NCBI GenBank assembly: GCA_016235455.1 | Contig: JACRKZ010000113.1 | Location: 1-48,121, forward strand | Source: Armatimonadota bacterium | GTDB lineage: Bacteria; Armatimonadota; UBA10988 | Reading direction: 5' to 3' | Length of the DNA stretch: 48,121 bases | Shown: positions 38,801 through 48,121 of the stretch, piece after piece | Layout of the letters: the number at the start of each line of letters is the position of its first letter | How positions within the stretch are numbered: position 1 is the first letter of the stretch | Notes under the pieces: generated by a model | Seen by the model: only the letters and a program-made list of their open reading frames with translations | Databases searched by the model: none | What the model was told of the DNA's origin: nothing | Position numbers and translations under genes: made by a program

Positions 38801-39172
38801 TTCGACGCCATCTGGTACACCAATACGCCGGGCGCCAAGCTGACCTTCAAGTTCCGCGGCACCGCGGCCAGCCTGTTCAACATGATCGGCCCCGACACCG
38901 GCCGCGTGCGCCTGACTGTCGACGGCCGCGACCTGGGTATGCGCCAGCAGGTGGACCCGTGGTGCACCTACCAACGGCTGGCCGCGCTGGATATCGCCGG
39001 CGGGCTGGAAGACACCATCCACACCGTGGTCGTGGAGCTGACCGCCGATGTGCCCGACCGCAGCGCGCCCATCGGCGAAGCCAAGCGGGCAGGCAACTAC
39101 AAGCCGGCCGACTTCGAGGGCGTGGCGCTGCGCATCGGCTGGATCCGCCTGATCGGCGAGATCGTCAACTAA
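35807..39172 (+). CDS. Secreted right-handed beta-helix protein (GH141-like) fused to a degenerate SGNH/GDSL domain
   Basis: LYVAPTGQDTNAGRSADAPLAT, YFVENVFEELDAPGEWYLD, HNLIHDTPH, DTGGLY, GIYLDD, SQLADPLFVN..RFDFRLRPDSPALKLGFKPI; followed by an SGNH-fold region and a C-terminal beta-sandwich (LTFKFRGT). Confidence 0.85.
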   Translation: MLRFSVACCLLACVGGAMGLDLYVAPTGQDTNAGRSADAPLATPQRARDLLRELKPAGTSTVHLAAGAYHLAETLALGAEDSRVTWQAEGQVQLRGGRPLTGWQPFRGPIVQCDLKANGLAGKSFEQLFFAGQRMILARTPNVDADDPHGGAWAAVADVDKGSKTVFTWGRDIKPETWARPAEARVCIFPSWDWAWSRVNVKSVAPETRQVTLAGNTAYEMALGDRYFVENVFEELDAPGEWYLDRAKGTVYFYPPRPLDQGDVVAPVLRDLITLQGASDVSLRGLTVEVCDGDAVRMSGSTNCALVACTVRNCGNWGVVLAGGTKCQATGCDVSETGAGGINIDGGSRDTLTPGGHVADNNHIWHPGRFQRTYNCGINLGGVGNAATHNLIHDTPHAAVALSGNDNLFEYNIVHHTNLESTDTGGLYYCSRDWTMRGNIIRYNLWHDLGGFGKASSWNPVQGDRVNYEYPHFTWGIYLDDPTSGTTVYGNILYRVPICGLHNHGGSDNTWENNIVIDCPALNEGMLWREWNEYPGIIAKWRERTKPGSPYLARYPELATNYSAEQPEAMTGVRFLRNIVYYTVEGTKWLRGETGAGDRQLLYSVSMRDADWGRNEWDYNTIYCPPELNLSISLDRKPKPGEKLTWEQWRATGADAHSQLADPLFVNADRFDFRLRPDSPALKLGFKPIPADKMGCYESADRASWPLVIRSVETKPTRRWVVLPQYERTDPRPVAARDGLSATVAKLTAGGPVRIAYYGGGIHGAGGWRGAFIKQLAAAYPKATIEAIDGGITDAVRGSGFSTYRFGHDILAKRPDLVLVDYASDDYQTPVRDIQRAVEGVVRQARGADPAPDLLFVYAYRDGFEKDYAEGKTPATITAYERLADRYGIPSVDLACRVAEQVRGGQMAIKEPAAGGQKLFGRNGVIPGPDGEALYAAALAEAWPTLAKVTTRTRALPKPLTLDNQERARLVAIRPSMLSGAWRELAADDPLRRQEARQFDAIWYTNTPGAKLTFKFRGTAASLFNMIGPDTGRVRLTVDGRDLGMRQQVDPWCTYQRLAALDIAGGLEDTIHTVVVELTADVPDRSAPIGEAKRAGNYKPADFEGVALRIGWIRLIGEIVN

Positions 39173-39185
39173 CCGGCCCAAAGCA

Positions 39186-39213
39186 GACGGCCCGCCGCGT
39201 TGGGCGGGCCGTC
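39186..39213. terminator. Hairpin between convergent genes
   Basis: GACGGCCCGCC-N6-GGCGGGCCGTC, perfect 11-bp stem. Confidence 0.7.
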
Positions 39214-39236
39214 CCCTTGGCGATGATCACCTGGAC

Positions 39237-39932
39237 CTAGCTGGTGGGAACCGGGTCCCACACATTGAACCAGCACGGGTTGGTGTAAGGATAGCCGTCG
39301 AGTCGCTGGGCGCTCTTGTCGAGCGTCTTCACATGACCATCAAGGTACAACAGGTTGGTCTTGTCGAAGTGGCGGTAGGTGGTCTGACCACCATCCCAGG
39401 TGCTGTCGGTCACGCTGTACCAGCCCCAACCGTTCGTGCCGTTCGGCCACTGGTTGCGCTCCAACAGCACCACGGTCTTGGCCGGCGCCTGGAACGAGGC
39501 CAGGTTGAACGGCGTGCGCGTGGCGATCGTCCAGCCCTGGCCGGCATCGCAAGCCAGCACGTTGCAGGCCGCGGTGTAGGAGCGCCTGACCGTCGCGTTG
39601 TTGTACTGCGCTACCTGAGCCGTGCCGCTGGCATCACTCGGGCAGGTCAGAACCTGCGTGCTCTTGATGTACGGCTGGATCAGCGTGTCCCAGGTGCACG
39701 TCGTGCCGCTGGGCCAAGCGGTGTTGCCGATACCCCACGGCAGCAGCTCATCGTAGTCCTGGATGTACTGCGTGACGGCAATGCCCAACTGCTTCAAGTT
39801 CGACTGGCAACTGCTCTGCCGCGCCTTCTCCCGCGCCTTGGCGAACACCGGGAAGAGGATCGCCGCCAGGATGGCAATGATGGCGATGACCACCAGCAGC
39901 TCGATCAGCGTGAATGCACGCTTTCTACTCAC
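39237..39932 (-). CDS. DUF1559-type prepilin N-methylation / H-X9-DG protein (copy 1)
   Basis: [48 protein letters not shown]; CPSD; [16 protein letters not shown]. Confidence 0.94.
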   Translation of the reverse strand: MSRKRAFTLIELLVVIAIIAILAAILFPVFAKAREKARQSSCQSNLKQLGIAVTQYIQDYDELLPWGIGNTAWPSGTTCTWDTLIQPYIKSTQVLTCPSDASGTAQVAQYNNATVRRSYTAACNVLACDAGQGWTIATRTPFNLASFQAPAKTVVLLERNQWPNGTNGWGWYSVTDSTWDGGQTTYRHFDKTNLLYLDGHVKTLDKSAQRLDGYPYTNPCWFNVWDPVPTS

Positions 39933-40241
39933 ATTCGTTCTCCATGCCGAGACGTCTCGGCTGGAACGATTCTACCGTCATTTCAGGCGTGATGCTTACG
40001 ATATCATGTGCCCGCTCGTGAAAGAAACACAACGGCGGCTCAGTCTTGTGGCGCGCCCTCCGGGTGAGCGGGGGCCCGCGGGTCCAACCGGCTGACCCAC
40101 AGCCGAGCCGAGCCGGAACGCGCGGCAGGACCTCTGACGCCGCGCAGCCCGCGCTTGTGCGAAGCCGTCGGGCTCAGACGAAGGGCAGACTTCGGTCCTA
40201 GTGGCCCTGGGGCTGCGCGACGGCATGACACCGAGGTGATG

Positions 40242-40313
40242 AGGCCGGCGGACCTCGAGGGTGTAGCCCTGCGCCTCGGCTGGATCCGGCTGGTCAGCGA
40301 GACCGTCAACCAG
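40242..40313 (+). repeat. Decayed direct copy of the 3' end of the beta-helix/SGNH gene (39101-39172)
   Basis: Gapless 72 nt with 13 mismatches by hand count: RPADLEGVALRLGWIRLVSETVNQ vs KPADFEGVALRIGWIRLIGEIVN*. Confidence 0.92.
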
Positions 40314-40324
40314 CAACCACCCAA

Positions 40325-40375
40325 CGAGCGAGGCGCCCGGTCGCCCTCGCGGGGGCTCTCGGACGCCTCGTTCGT
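40325..40375. terminator. Imperfect hairpin downstream of DUF1559 copy 2
   Basis: CGAGCGAGGCG...CGCCTCGTTCG arms, in the same relative position as the 39186 hairpin. Confidence 0.45.
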
Positions 40376-40403
40376 CGCGCTCAGAGCGCCGCCGGAGGGC
40401 TCC

Positions 40404-41087
<684 letters not shown>

Positions 41088-41123
41088 CAACTCTCTCCTG
41101 GCGGCCAAGCGCCGCCAGAGGTC

Positions 41124-41197
41124 ATCCTAGCCGACAGCGATATGTCGAGCAAGCTTCCCTGCCGCCGGGAGAGCAACGACTGATGGTACCGTTACCA
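41124..41197 (-). promoter_or_regulatory. Promoter of DUF1559 copy 2 with an upstream LacI-type operator
   Basis: Minus strand TTGCTC-17 nt-TAGGAT (41152-41124); TGGTACCGTTACCA palindrome at 41184-41197. Confidence 0.6.
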
Positions 41198-41394
41198 GGT
41201 ACCGGCGAGCCCGGCACGAGACGAGTCGACGGACACGCCGTACAGGCCGCATGTTCCTGCCTCCCGGCGCCCATTGCGTGGGGTTCATGGCTCAATGCAC
41301 CCGATCGCATCGCGACGCGCCGCTTGCCGGGCGAGTCCGGCGCGGGGAGCAGGAGTACGCGCCGTCGGGACCAACGGGCGACTGGAGGCGTGCC

Positions 41395-42504
41395 ATGCTG
41401 GCTCCGACCCTATTGGCGCTGATCCTGGCCGCCGGGCCGCGCGTGCCGGTCATCGATGTCACCGACCTGTACCACCCGCACCAGGATGTCGGCGACAACC
41501 TCGACATCCTGACCGCCTATGCCCTGCCTGAGATCGACCTGCGCGCGGTCATCCTCGACTGCACCGAACGCTTCCGCCTGCGCGATGCCGGCGGTGACAG
41601 CGCCTATACGGACAAGAACGGCCCGCGCGAGCCGGGGTTCATCCCCGTCGCGCAGCTCAACTGGCTGTTCGGCCGGCATGTGCCTTGCGCCGTCGGGCCA
41701 ACGGTGGCCATGCGCTCGCCCGACGATGACCAGCGCGACCTGCCGGCTCAGCAGCAGGCAGGCGTCGACCTGCTGCTGGAGACGCTCCGGCGCTCGACAG
41801 AGAAGGTGCACGTCCTGAGCTTCGGCTCGGCGCGGCCGATTGCAGTGGCCTGGCTGCGCGAGCCGCAACTGCTGCGCGACAAGGTGGCCAGGATTCACCT
41901 CTGCGCGGGCGATTCGGCCGGCAGTTACCTCGAATGGAACGTGGCGCTCGACCCGCACGCCGTGGTGGCGTTGCTGCGCTCGGACCTGCCCATCGCGCTG
42001 TACCCCTGCGCCACCGAAGGTGGTCCCTTCGCCTACGGTCGCCACAACTGCTTCTGGAAGCTGGACAGCCTCGACTTCCTCGGCCGCATGGACCCACGGC
42101 TGGCCGCTTACTGCGCCTTCGCCCTCGAGCGCGGCCTGAGCCACGACTGGCTGCAGGCGCTCGAGCGGCCGGTCAGCGCCGAGCGGGCCCGGGCCGCCTT
42201 TGCCCGGCCGCACAACGTGTGGGAGGCCAGCGTGTGGCTGGCCGTGTCCGGCCGTCTGCTGGTACGGGGCACCGACGGCCGGCCCCGCACCACGAGCCCC
42301 GAAGAGCTGCGCGCGGGCGACGTCGTGCTGAGCAACGAGCTGCGCCCCTGCAGCGTGAGCGTGGAGCCCAACGGGCTCTACCGCTGCCGACTCGACCAGC
42401 CGACGGCCAACCGCTGGCTCTATGACCGAGGTGACGCGCAAGAGAACGAACGGGCCCTGCGTGAAGCGTGGCCGGCGCTCTATGAGGGCTATCGGCTGCC
42501 CTGA
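41395..42504 (+). CDS. Nucleoside hydrolase-like (IU-NH fold) protein
   Basis: VPVIDVTDLYHPHQDVGDNLD Asp cluster, DLRAVILD, VHVLSFGS, EWNVALDPHA; short hydrophobic N-terminus; GGAGG RBS. Confidence 0.75.
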   Translation: MLAPTLLALILAAGPRVPVIDVTDLYHPHQDVGDNLDILTAYALPEIDLRAVILDCTERFRLRDAGGDSAYTDKNGPREPGFIPVAQLNWLFGRHVPCAVGPTVAMRSPDDDQRDLPAQQQAGVDLLLETLRRSTEKVHVLSFGSARPIAVAWLREPQLLRDKVARIHLCAGDSAGSYLEWNVALDPHAVVALLRSDLPIALYPCATEGGPFAYGRHNCFWKLDSLDFLGRMDPRLAAYCAFALERGLSHDWLQALERPVSAERARAAFARPHNVWEASVWLAVSGRLLVRGTDGRPRTTSPEELRAGDVVLSNELRPCSVSVEPNGLYRCRLDQPTANRWLYDRGDAQENERALREAWPALYEGYRLP

Positions 42505-42554
42505 CCTGGGAGCTATACTGGGCGGCGATCTCGCAGCGAATGGAAGACGTCGAT

Positions 42555-45500
42555 ATGTTGCCCGAAAGCCCGTTCCTCCAACTCGTTCCCGGCCGTGTCC
42601 AGCAACTCATGGGCCGCGTGCAAGGCCAGATCTGGCAGGACCAGGTCTCCGTGCCCATCTACCGCACGCCGGCCAGCGAGCAGCATCTCACGCTGGCCCA
42701 GGCGCGCGAACTGCCCCTGGAGAAGATCGACGGCCCGCAGCGCTGGGGCAAGATGTTCGACCAGCTGTGGGTCAAGATCGAGTTGCCCAGCGGCGATAGG
42801 CCCAAGTACCTGCAGTGGCGCGAGCAGGGCGAATCGACGTTGTTCCTCGACGGCGTGCCCTACTACGGCTTCGATCCGGCGCACCAGCAGTGCGAACTGC
42901 CCGAGGGCGACCACGAGCTGTGGATGGAGGTCATGTGCTGCGAGACCGGTATCTGGGTGCCCGGCGGCGCGGCCCGCTCCATCAACAGCGAAGGCTGCAA
43001 CCTGGCCGGCGCGCAGTTGCTCTCGCGCAACGATGCCGCCTGGCGCGCCGCGCTCGACCTGCGGCTGCTGTTCGAACTGCTGGCCGAGGAGCACCGCGCG
43101 CTGTATCCTCAAGGCGGCATCTACGGTGGCGGCTTCGGCTACATCGAACCGGTGGCCAAGGTCTCGGTGCTGTTCCGGCGCATGTTGCGGCGCCTGGATG
43201 AGGCCGTGACCGCCTACGACAACGGCGGTTTGCCGGCGCTCCAGGCCGAGCTCGACGCCATCTTCACCGAGTTCCCGGCCGATTCGCTGGCGCTGGACTG
43301 CGTGCTGACCGGGCATGCCCACATCGACCTGGTCTGGCTGTGGCCCGAGAAGGCCGGCGACTTCAAGGCCGTGCACACCTTCGCCTCCATGGCCCGGCTC
43401 ATGGACCTCTACCCCGAGTTCCGCTTCAACTACACCCAGCCAGCCAGCTACCAGGCCGTCGGCCGGCGCTCGCCCGAACTGCTGGCCAAAGTCAAGGACC
43501 TGACCCAGGCCGGCTCGTGGGAGATGACCGGCGCCAGCTACGTCGAGAACGACACGCAGATGGCCTGTGGCGAGGCGCTGTCGCGCGGTGTGGTCATAGG
43601 CCAGGGGCATTACCGCGAGCTGCGCGGCGAGCCGGCGCGGGTCCTGTGGCTGCCCGACGTCTTCGGCTACACCGCCTGCCTCCCGCAGATTCTGCGCCAG
43701 ACCGGCGTTGACTTCTTCTACACGACCAAGCTCACCTGGTGCTCGATCAACCGCTTCCCCTACTCCAGCTTCCGCTGGATCGGCCATGACGGCAGTGAGG
43801 TGGTGGCCCACGTCAGCCAGGACTTCGGCTACAACAGCGCCACGGGCATCGGCGAGCTCAAGGCGGGCCAGCTCGGCTACCGCCAGAGCGATGTGCACGA
43901 CAAGTTCCTCATGCCCACCGGCTATGGCGACGGCGGCGGCGGCACCACCGAGGAGATGTGCGAGCGAGCGCGCCGCCTGAGCAACCTGGCCTCCATGCCC
44001 AAGGTGCGCTGGGGCACCATCGAAGGCTTCTTCGACGACCTGTCCGGCGTCCGCGATCGGCTGCCGGCCTGGCGCGGCGAACTCTATTTGGAATACCACC
44101 GCGGCGTGATGACCACGCACAGCCACTGCAAGGCGGCGTTCCGCGGCCTGGAGCGGGCGCTGCAGGCGCAGGAGGCGGCCAACGCCGCGCTCGGTGCCGG
44201 CCCGGTGGATCAGCACGCCTGGGAGCGTCTGGTCTTCAGCCAGTTCCACGACTACATCCCCGGCAGCTCCATCCACGAAGTCTACGACGAAGGCGTGGCG
44301 GAGTTGAACGGCCTGGCCGAGCAGGCCCTGGCCGAGGCCGAGAGCGATCTGAGCGCGACCGGTGGGCAGCCGGCGCTGTTCAACCCGCTGGCCATCGAGC
44401 GCACCGTGGCCACCGAGCGCGGCCGCGTGACGTTGTCGCCGCTGTCCGGCGCGCCGTTGGCCGATCTGCCTCTGGCGCCGCTGGCGCCCGCGGTGGCGGC
44501 CGGCACCGACTTCCTCGACAACGGCCGCGTCCGCGCCGAGTTCGCCGCGGACGGCGCGATCACCCGGCTGGTGGTCGACGGCCAGAGCGTAGCCATGGCG
44601 CAGCCCCTGGGCGGGCTGGTGGTCTATCCCGACCATCCCCACGCCTACCCGGCCTGGGACATCGACCGCGCCACGCTGGCCAACCCGCATCCGGTGACCA
44701 GCGCCGCGACCGTCACGCTGGAGAGCGCCGAGGACGACGTGGCCGTGTTGGCCTTTGCCAAGCCGGTCACCGAGAAGTCGTCGGTGGTCATCCGCTACCG
44801 GCTGGAGGCGGGTGCCTCGGCGCTGCAAGTGGAGTACGACCTGGACTGGCAGGACTACGACACGCTGCTCAAGGTGCTCTTCCCAACCGACTACCAGGGC
44901 CGCAACGCACGCTACGGCCATCCCTACGGCAGCGTGCTGCGCAGCCAGCAGCCGGGCGAGGAGCGCGACGAGGCGCAGTGGGAAGTCTGCGCCAGCCGCT
45001 GGGCCGCGGTCTGTGACGACACCGAGCGCGACGGCCTGTACGTGGTCACCCAGGACAAGTACGGCTTCACCTGCCGCGCGGGTGTGCTGGGCCTGAGCCT
45101 GGTGCGCAGCGCGGGCGTGACCAACGAGCGCGACAACCGGCCCATTCGCCGCACGCTCTGGGAGCATCCGGTGTCCGACATCGGCCGCCACCAGATCCGC
45201 ATCGCCCTGGGCGCCTACCGCGCCGATCTGCCGCGCGCCGAGCAGCCCGCGGCGCTGGCCGATCTGCTCTACACGCCGGCCGTGGCCTATGAGGGCGGCG
45301 CGATCAGCACCGGCCTGGTCGGGCTCGACGGGGGCGACTCGCTGCAGCCGGCGTGGGTCAAGCCGCTGGCCGACGGCTCGTTCGTGCTGCGGCTGCACGA
45401 GACGTTGGGCCAGCGCGGCGTGCTGCGACTGGCACTGCGCGAAGGCTGGAGCGCGACGGCCGTGGACCTGCTGGAGAAGCCGACCAACGCCGACCTGTCG

Positions 45501-45557
45501 GACGGCCTCGCCTACGGGCCGTACCAGCTGATCAGCGTGCGGATCGGGCGCACATGA
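42555..45557 (+). CDS. Alpha-mannosidase, glycoside hydrolase family 38
   Basis: GHAHIDLVWLW, WLPDVFGY (nucleophile), GYGDGGGG, GELYLEYHRG, QFHDYIPGSSI. Start at 42555 or 42540; TATACT at 42514. Confidence 0.95.
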   Translation: MLPESPFLQLVPGRVQQLMGRVQGQIWQDQVSVPIYRTPASEQHLTLAQARELPLEKIDGPQRWGKMFDQLWVKIELPSGDRPKYLQWREQGESTLFLDGVPYYGFDPAHQQCELPEGDHELWMEVMCCETGIWVPGGAARSINSEGCNLAGAQLLSRNDAAWRAALDLRLLFELLAEEHRALYPQGGIYGGGFGYIEPVAKVSVLFRRMLRRLDEAVTAYDNGGLPALQAELDAIFTEFPADSLALDCVLTGHAHIDLVWLWPEKAGDFKAVHTFASMARLMDLYPEFRFNYTQPASYQAVGRRSPELLAKVKDLTQAGSWEMTGASYVENDTQMACGEALSRGVVIGQGHYRELRGEPARVLWLPDVFGYTACLPQILRQTGVDFFYTTKLTWCSINRFPYSSFRWIGHDGSEVVAHVSQDFGYNSATGIGELKAGQLGYRQSDVHDKFLMPTGYGDGGGGTTEEMCERARRLSNLASMPKVRWGTIEGFFDDLSGVRDRLPAWRGELYLEYHRGVMTTHSHCKAAFRGLERALQAQEAANAALGAGPVDQHAWERLVFSQFHDYIPGSSIHEVYDEGVAELNGLAEQALAEAESDLSATGGQPALFNPLAIERTVATERGRVTLSPLSGAPLADLPLAPLAPAVAAGTDFLDNGRVRAEFAADGAITRLVVDGQSVAMAQPLGGLVVYPDHPHAYPAWDIDRATLANPHPVTSAATVTLESAEDDVAVLAFAKPVTEKSSVVIRYRLEAGASALQVEYDLDWQDYDTLLKVLFPTDYQGRNARYGHPYGSVLRSQQPGEERDEAQWEVCASRWAAVCDDTERDGLYVVTQDKYGFTCRAGVLGLSLVRSAGVTNERDNRPIRRTLWEHPVSDIGRHQIRIALGAYRADLPRAEQPAALADLLYTPAVAYEGGAISTGLVGLDGGDSLQPAWVKPLADGSFVLRLHETLGQRGVLRLALREGWSATAVDLLEKPTNADLSDGLAYGPYQLISVRIGRT

Positions 45558-45632
45558 CGCAGGCGCGACTCGATTCGGGCCGCGTGATGCCTGATCCCCA
45601 GTCGCGCCCCGGCACTGAGGAGTGGTGGGCCT

Positions 45633-45655
45633 GGGACGGTGCGACGCGCCGTCCC
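45633..45655 (+). terminator. GC hairpin after the GH38 gene
   Basis: GGGACGGTGCG-A-CGCGCCGTCCC; no U tract. Confidence 0.35.
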
Positions 45656-45718
45656 GCATCCACTCGGCCTCCCGGCTGGCAGCAGGCTCCGGCCCGGGTC
45701 GGATCGAAAGGACGAGCA

Positions 45719-46951
45719 ATGCGTTTCAAGGTAATCGACGGCGGCGGCCACGGCGACCGGCCGCGTCGCCATGACGATGTGCCTGGTCTGATCACCGAGG
45801 AGTGGCTGGAGCAGCGCGATCTGGCGATGGACGCCTTCGTGGAGTTGGGCGAGGACGTCAGCGTCGAGCGCCTCGAGCGACTGGTGAAACGCAACCTGGT
45901 CTGCGCCGACACCTTCACCACGCTGGGCGTGCTGCACGGCGACACCAAGAAGGCGCACGAACTGCTCACGCGCGGCCTGCTCGAGTCCGTGCTGGAGGTC
46001 TTCTCCACGTTCATCGACGCACACCGCGGCGCGCTGTCCGAGTTCGACATGGCGATGCCCTACCTGCGTGCCCTGGCGGCGCTGGGCACGCACTACGCCA
46101 TGCGTGGACAGATGGACCGTGCCATCGAGATCTGGCAGCTGCTTCTCGCCCTGGACCGCGCCGACGGCATGTGTGTCCGCGGCCTGCTCTACGGCGCGCA
46201 TCTGTTGACCGACGCGATGGAGGCGGCCGAGGCCCTGTGGCTGGAGTTGATCGCCGATCCGCTGGAGGCGCTGGCCTGGGGGCGGCCGCTCCAGCTGTGG
46301 CTGAGTGGCGCCACGGCGCGCGCCGAGGCCGCCGTGGCCGTGGCGCGCCATGACCATCCCGACATCGAGCCGCTGCTCTGGCACGGCGAGCCGCGCGACT
46401 GGGACGAGGATCTGCTCGGTACGTACCTGGAGATCGCCCCCGCCTGGCAGGCCCATCCCAAGGCCCTCGCCTGGCTGAAGGCGCTGCCTGTGCGCGAGGC
46501 ATCCGACGACGACTACGTGGCCACGGGCTGGCCGCCACCCATCGTTGGCGTCGATCCCCTGATGGCGGCGCACCTGTCGCCCAAGGAGCTGGACCGACTG
46601 AAGAAGGTGGTCAAGGCCATCCTCGAGTACGGGGACACACACGCGCTTCCCGAGCTGATCCAGGAAGCGCTCGATATCGCCAACGAGCTGGCCAACGTGA
46701 CCGACTTCTTCTACGAGGGGACGATCAAGGCCACGGTGGCAGGCATCCTGTGGGTGGCCAATGACCGAGTGGGCGCGCCCCTGGGCTACGACTCCTTCCT
46801 CGCCGAGATGAAGGTGGGCAAGGTGCCCCTGCTCACCAAGTACGACATGATCCAGCGCGCCTTGCCCCCCATCTACCCAGACAGCGACGCTGACGACGAG
46901 GCCGGCAAGCCGGTGCAACGCGGCCTGATCGACCTCGACCCGCTCGGCTGA
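45719..46951 (+). CDS. TPR-like helical repeat hypothetical protein
   Basis: PYLRALAALG...GQMDRAIEIWQLLLALDRADGMCVR TPR-like segment; AAAGGA RBS before ATG 45719. Confidence 0.75.
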   Translation: MRFKVIDGGGHGDRPRRHDDVPGLITEEWLEQRDLAMDAFVELGEDVSVERLERLVKRNLVCADTFTTLGVLHGDTKKAHELLTRGLLESVLEVFSTFIDAHRGALSEFDMAMPYLRALAALGTHYAMRGQMDRAIEIWQLLLALDRADGMCVRGLLYGAHLLTDAMEAAEALWLELIADPLEALAWGRPLQLWLSGATARAEAAVAVARHDHPDIEPLLWHGEPRDWDEDLLGTYLEIAPAWQAHPKALAWLKALPVREASDDDYVATGWPPPIVGVDPLMAAHLSPKELDRLKKVVKAILEYGDTHALPELIQEALDIANELANVTDFFYEGTIKATVAGILWVANDRVGAPLGYDSFLAEMKVGKVPLLTKYDMIQRALPPIYPDSDADDEAGKPVQRGLIDLDPLG

Positions 46952-46954
46952 GCG

Positions 46955-47884
46955 ATGGCGCACCTCATCTCGGCCTCGCGGCGCACGGACATCCCGGCGT
47001 TCTACACGCCGTGGCTGCTGCGGCGGCTCGAGGTCGGGTTCTGCGAGGTGGCCAACCCCTACTTCCGCAGCCAGGTGCGGACCGTCTCGCTGCGGCCCGA
47101 GGACGTGCTCGGCATCGTCTTCTGGACCAAGAATCCGCGTCCACTCCTGCCCCACCTGCCCGAGCTGGCGGCGCGCGGCTATGCCTGCGCCGTCCAGTTC
47201 ACCATCAACCCCTACGACCACGTCTTCGAGCGCGCCGTCCTGCCCACGAGCCACGCGGTCGACGCGGCTCTGGCGCTGGCCGACCTGCTTGGACCAGAGC
47301 GTGTCATCTGGCGCTACGACCCGATCATCGAGAGCGACTTGACGCCCTGGGACTGGCACCTGGAGCGCTTCGCCGCGCTCGCGGCGCGGCTTGGCGGCCA
47401 CACGCGCGAGGTGATCATCAGCTTCGTCAACCTCTACCAGCGCACGCGCCGCCGCATGGACCGACTGGCGGTGGAGCATGGCTTCGGCTACCGCTTCCTC
47501 GGCGTGCAGCCCGAGCAGGCCGCACTCTCCGCACACGGCCAGGCCTACGAGGTGGCCGAGATGCGCGACCGCGCGCGCCAGCTCGGTACCGTGGCCGCCG
47601 CCGCCGGGCTGCGGCTGGCGAGTTGCTGCGGCGATGCCCTGCTGGACGAGGCGGCCAACGTGCACAAGGCGCGGTGCATCGCGCCCGACCTGTTCGACCT
47701 GGCTCGCAAACCGCCTGGCAAGCCGACGCGGGCCGAGTGCGGCTGCTGCGCCAGCATCGATATCGGCGCCTATGAGACCTGCCCACACGGCTGTGGTGCG
47801 AGCTACTGCTACGCCGTGGCCAGCCATGAGCGCGCGCTGGCCAACTGCCGGGCACAGGAGCCCGGAGCGGTGCGGCTGGGTTGA
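46955..47884 (+). CDS. DUF1848 family protein
   Basis: LISASRRTDIPAFY, IVFWTKNP, WRYDPI, CGCCASIDIGAYETCPHGC...YCYA. Confidence 0.9.
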   Translation: MAHLISASRRTDIPAFYTPWLLRRLEVGFCEVANPYFRSQVRTVSLRPEDVLGIVFWTKNPRPLLPHLPELAARGYACAVQFTINPYDHVFERAVLPTSHAVDAALALADLLGPERVIWRYDPIIESDLTPWDWHLERFAALAARLGGHTREVIISFVNLYQRTRRRMDRLAVEHGFGYRFLGVQPEQAALSAHGQAYEVAEMRDRARQLGTVAAAAGLRLASCCGDALLDEAANVHKARCIAPDLFDLARKPPGKPTRAECGCCASIDIGAYETCPHGCGASYCYAVASHERALANCRAQEPGAVRLG

Positions 47885-47896
47885 GCCACGCGCCGC

Positions 47897-48121
47897 TCAG
47901 GCGTCCAACGTCTCCTGCTCGTCGGCCTCGGCGGTCTCGAAGTGCGCCCGCCCATCCACGGCCATGCGCAGCGCACTGACCACCGGCTCGACTTCCGCGC
48001 CGTGGTTCACCTCAATGACCCGTCCGCCGGCCAGCTCGATGCGGTGGCCGCCACTGGTCTCGGCGACCCCCGCCACATCGTCCCAGCCGAAGACGGCCTC
48101 CTGCCCGGAGGCATCCCGCAG
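47897..48121 (-). CDS. C-terminal 74 aa of a hypothetical protein truncated by the window edge
   Basis: Open frame LRDASGQEAVFGWDDVAGVAETSGGHRIELAGGRVIEV...QETLDA* with high-GC codon usage; the ..FGWDDV.. pattern recalls bacterial PH-like domains. Confidence 0.65.
   Translation of the reverse strand: MRDASGQEAVFGWDDVAGVAETSGGHRIELAGGRVIEVNHGAEVEPVVSALRMAVDGRAHFETAEADEQETLDA

Noticed and set aside
31004-39181. Single 2725-aa protein
   Set aside because: The first 1181 codons are the antisense shadow of the 35807-39172 gene; the real start with RBS and signal peptide is at 35638.

Overview
High-GC bacterial chromosomal segment. The two DUF1559-type prepilin genes ([36 protein letters not shown]) and a FlgD-Ig-tailed surface protein suggest Armatimonadota or a similar lineage; this placement is inference. 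The window is dominated by glycan-degradation genes: a Tat sulfatase, GH35, GH2, a GH36/27-like-Fn3-NPCBM-esterase fusion, a beta-helix protein with a catalytically dead SGNH domain, GH38, a nucleoside-hydrolase-like protein and a sugar ABC binding protein plus permease. Among them are two tandem secreted hydrazine-synthase-alpha (HzsA)-like c-type haem proteins, each with a different N-terminal carbohydrate-binding-type module and with no hzsB/hzsC nearby. Also present: a vapBC toxin-antitoxin module, an AAA/DUF4143 ATPase, an M28 peptidase, a CheW with an inserted CZB domain, a PAS hybrid kinase and a DUF1848 gene. Notable non-coding structure: (i) two independent cases where a ~1 kb antisense cassette (vapBC; a DUF1559 gene) lies between a gene's 3' end and a ~82%-identical decayed copy of that 3' end; (ii) a near-identical 14-bp LacI-type palindrome upstream of both the GH36-like gene and a DUF1559 gene 22.7 kb away; (iii) a GTAG-type REP cluster. 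No rRNA, tRNA, CRISPR array, integrase or transposase was recognised. All family calls come from motif recognition by eye, not database searches.
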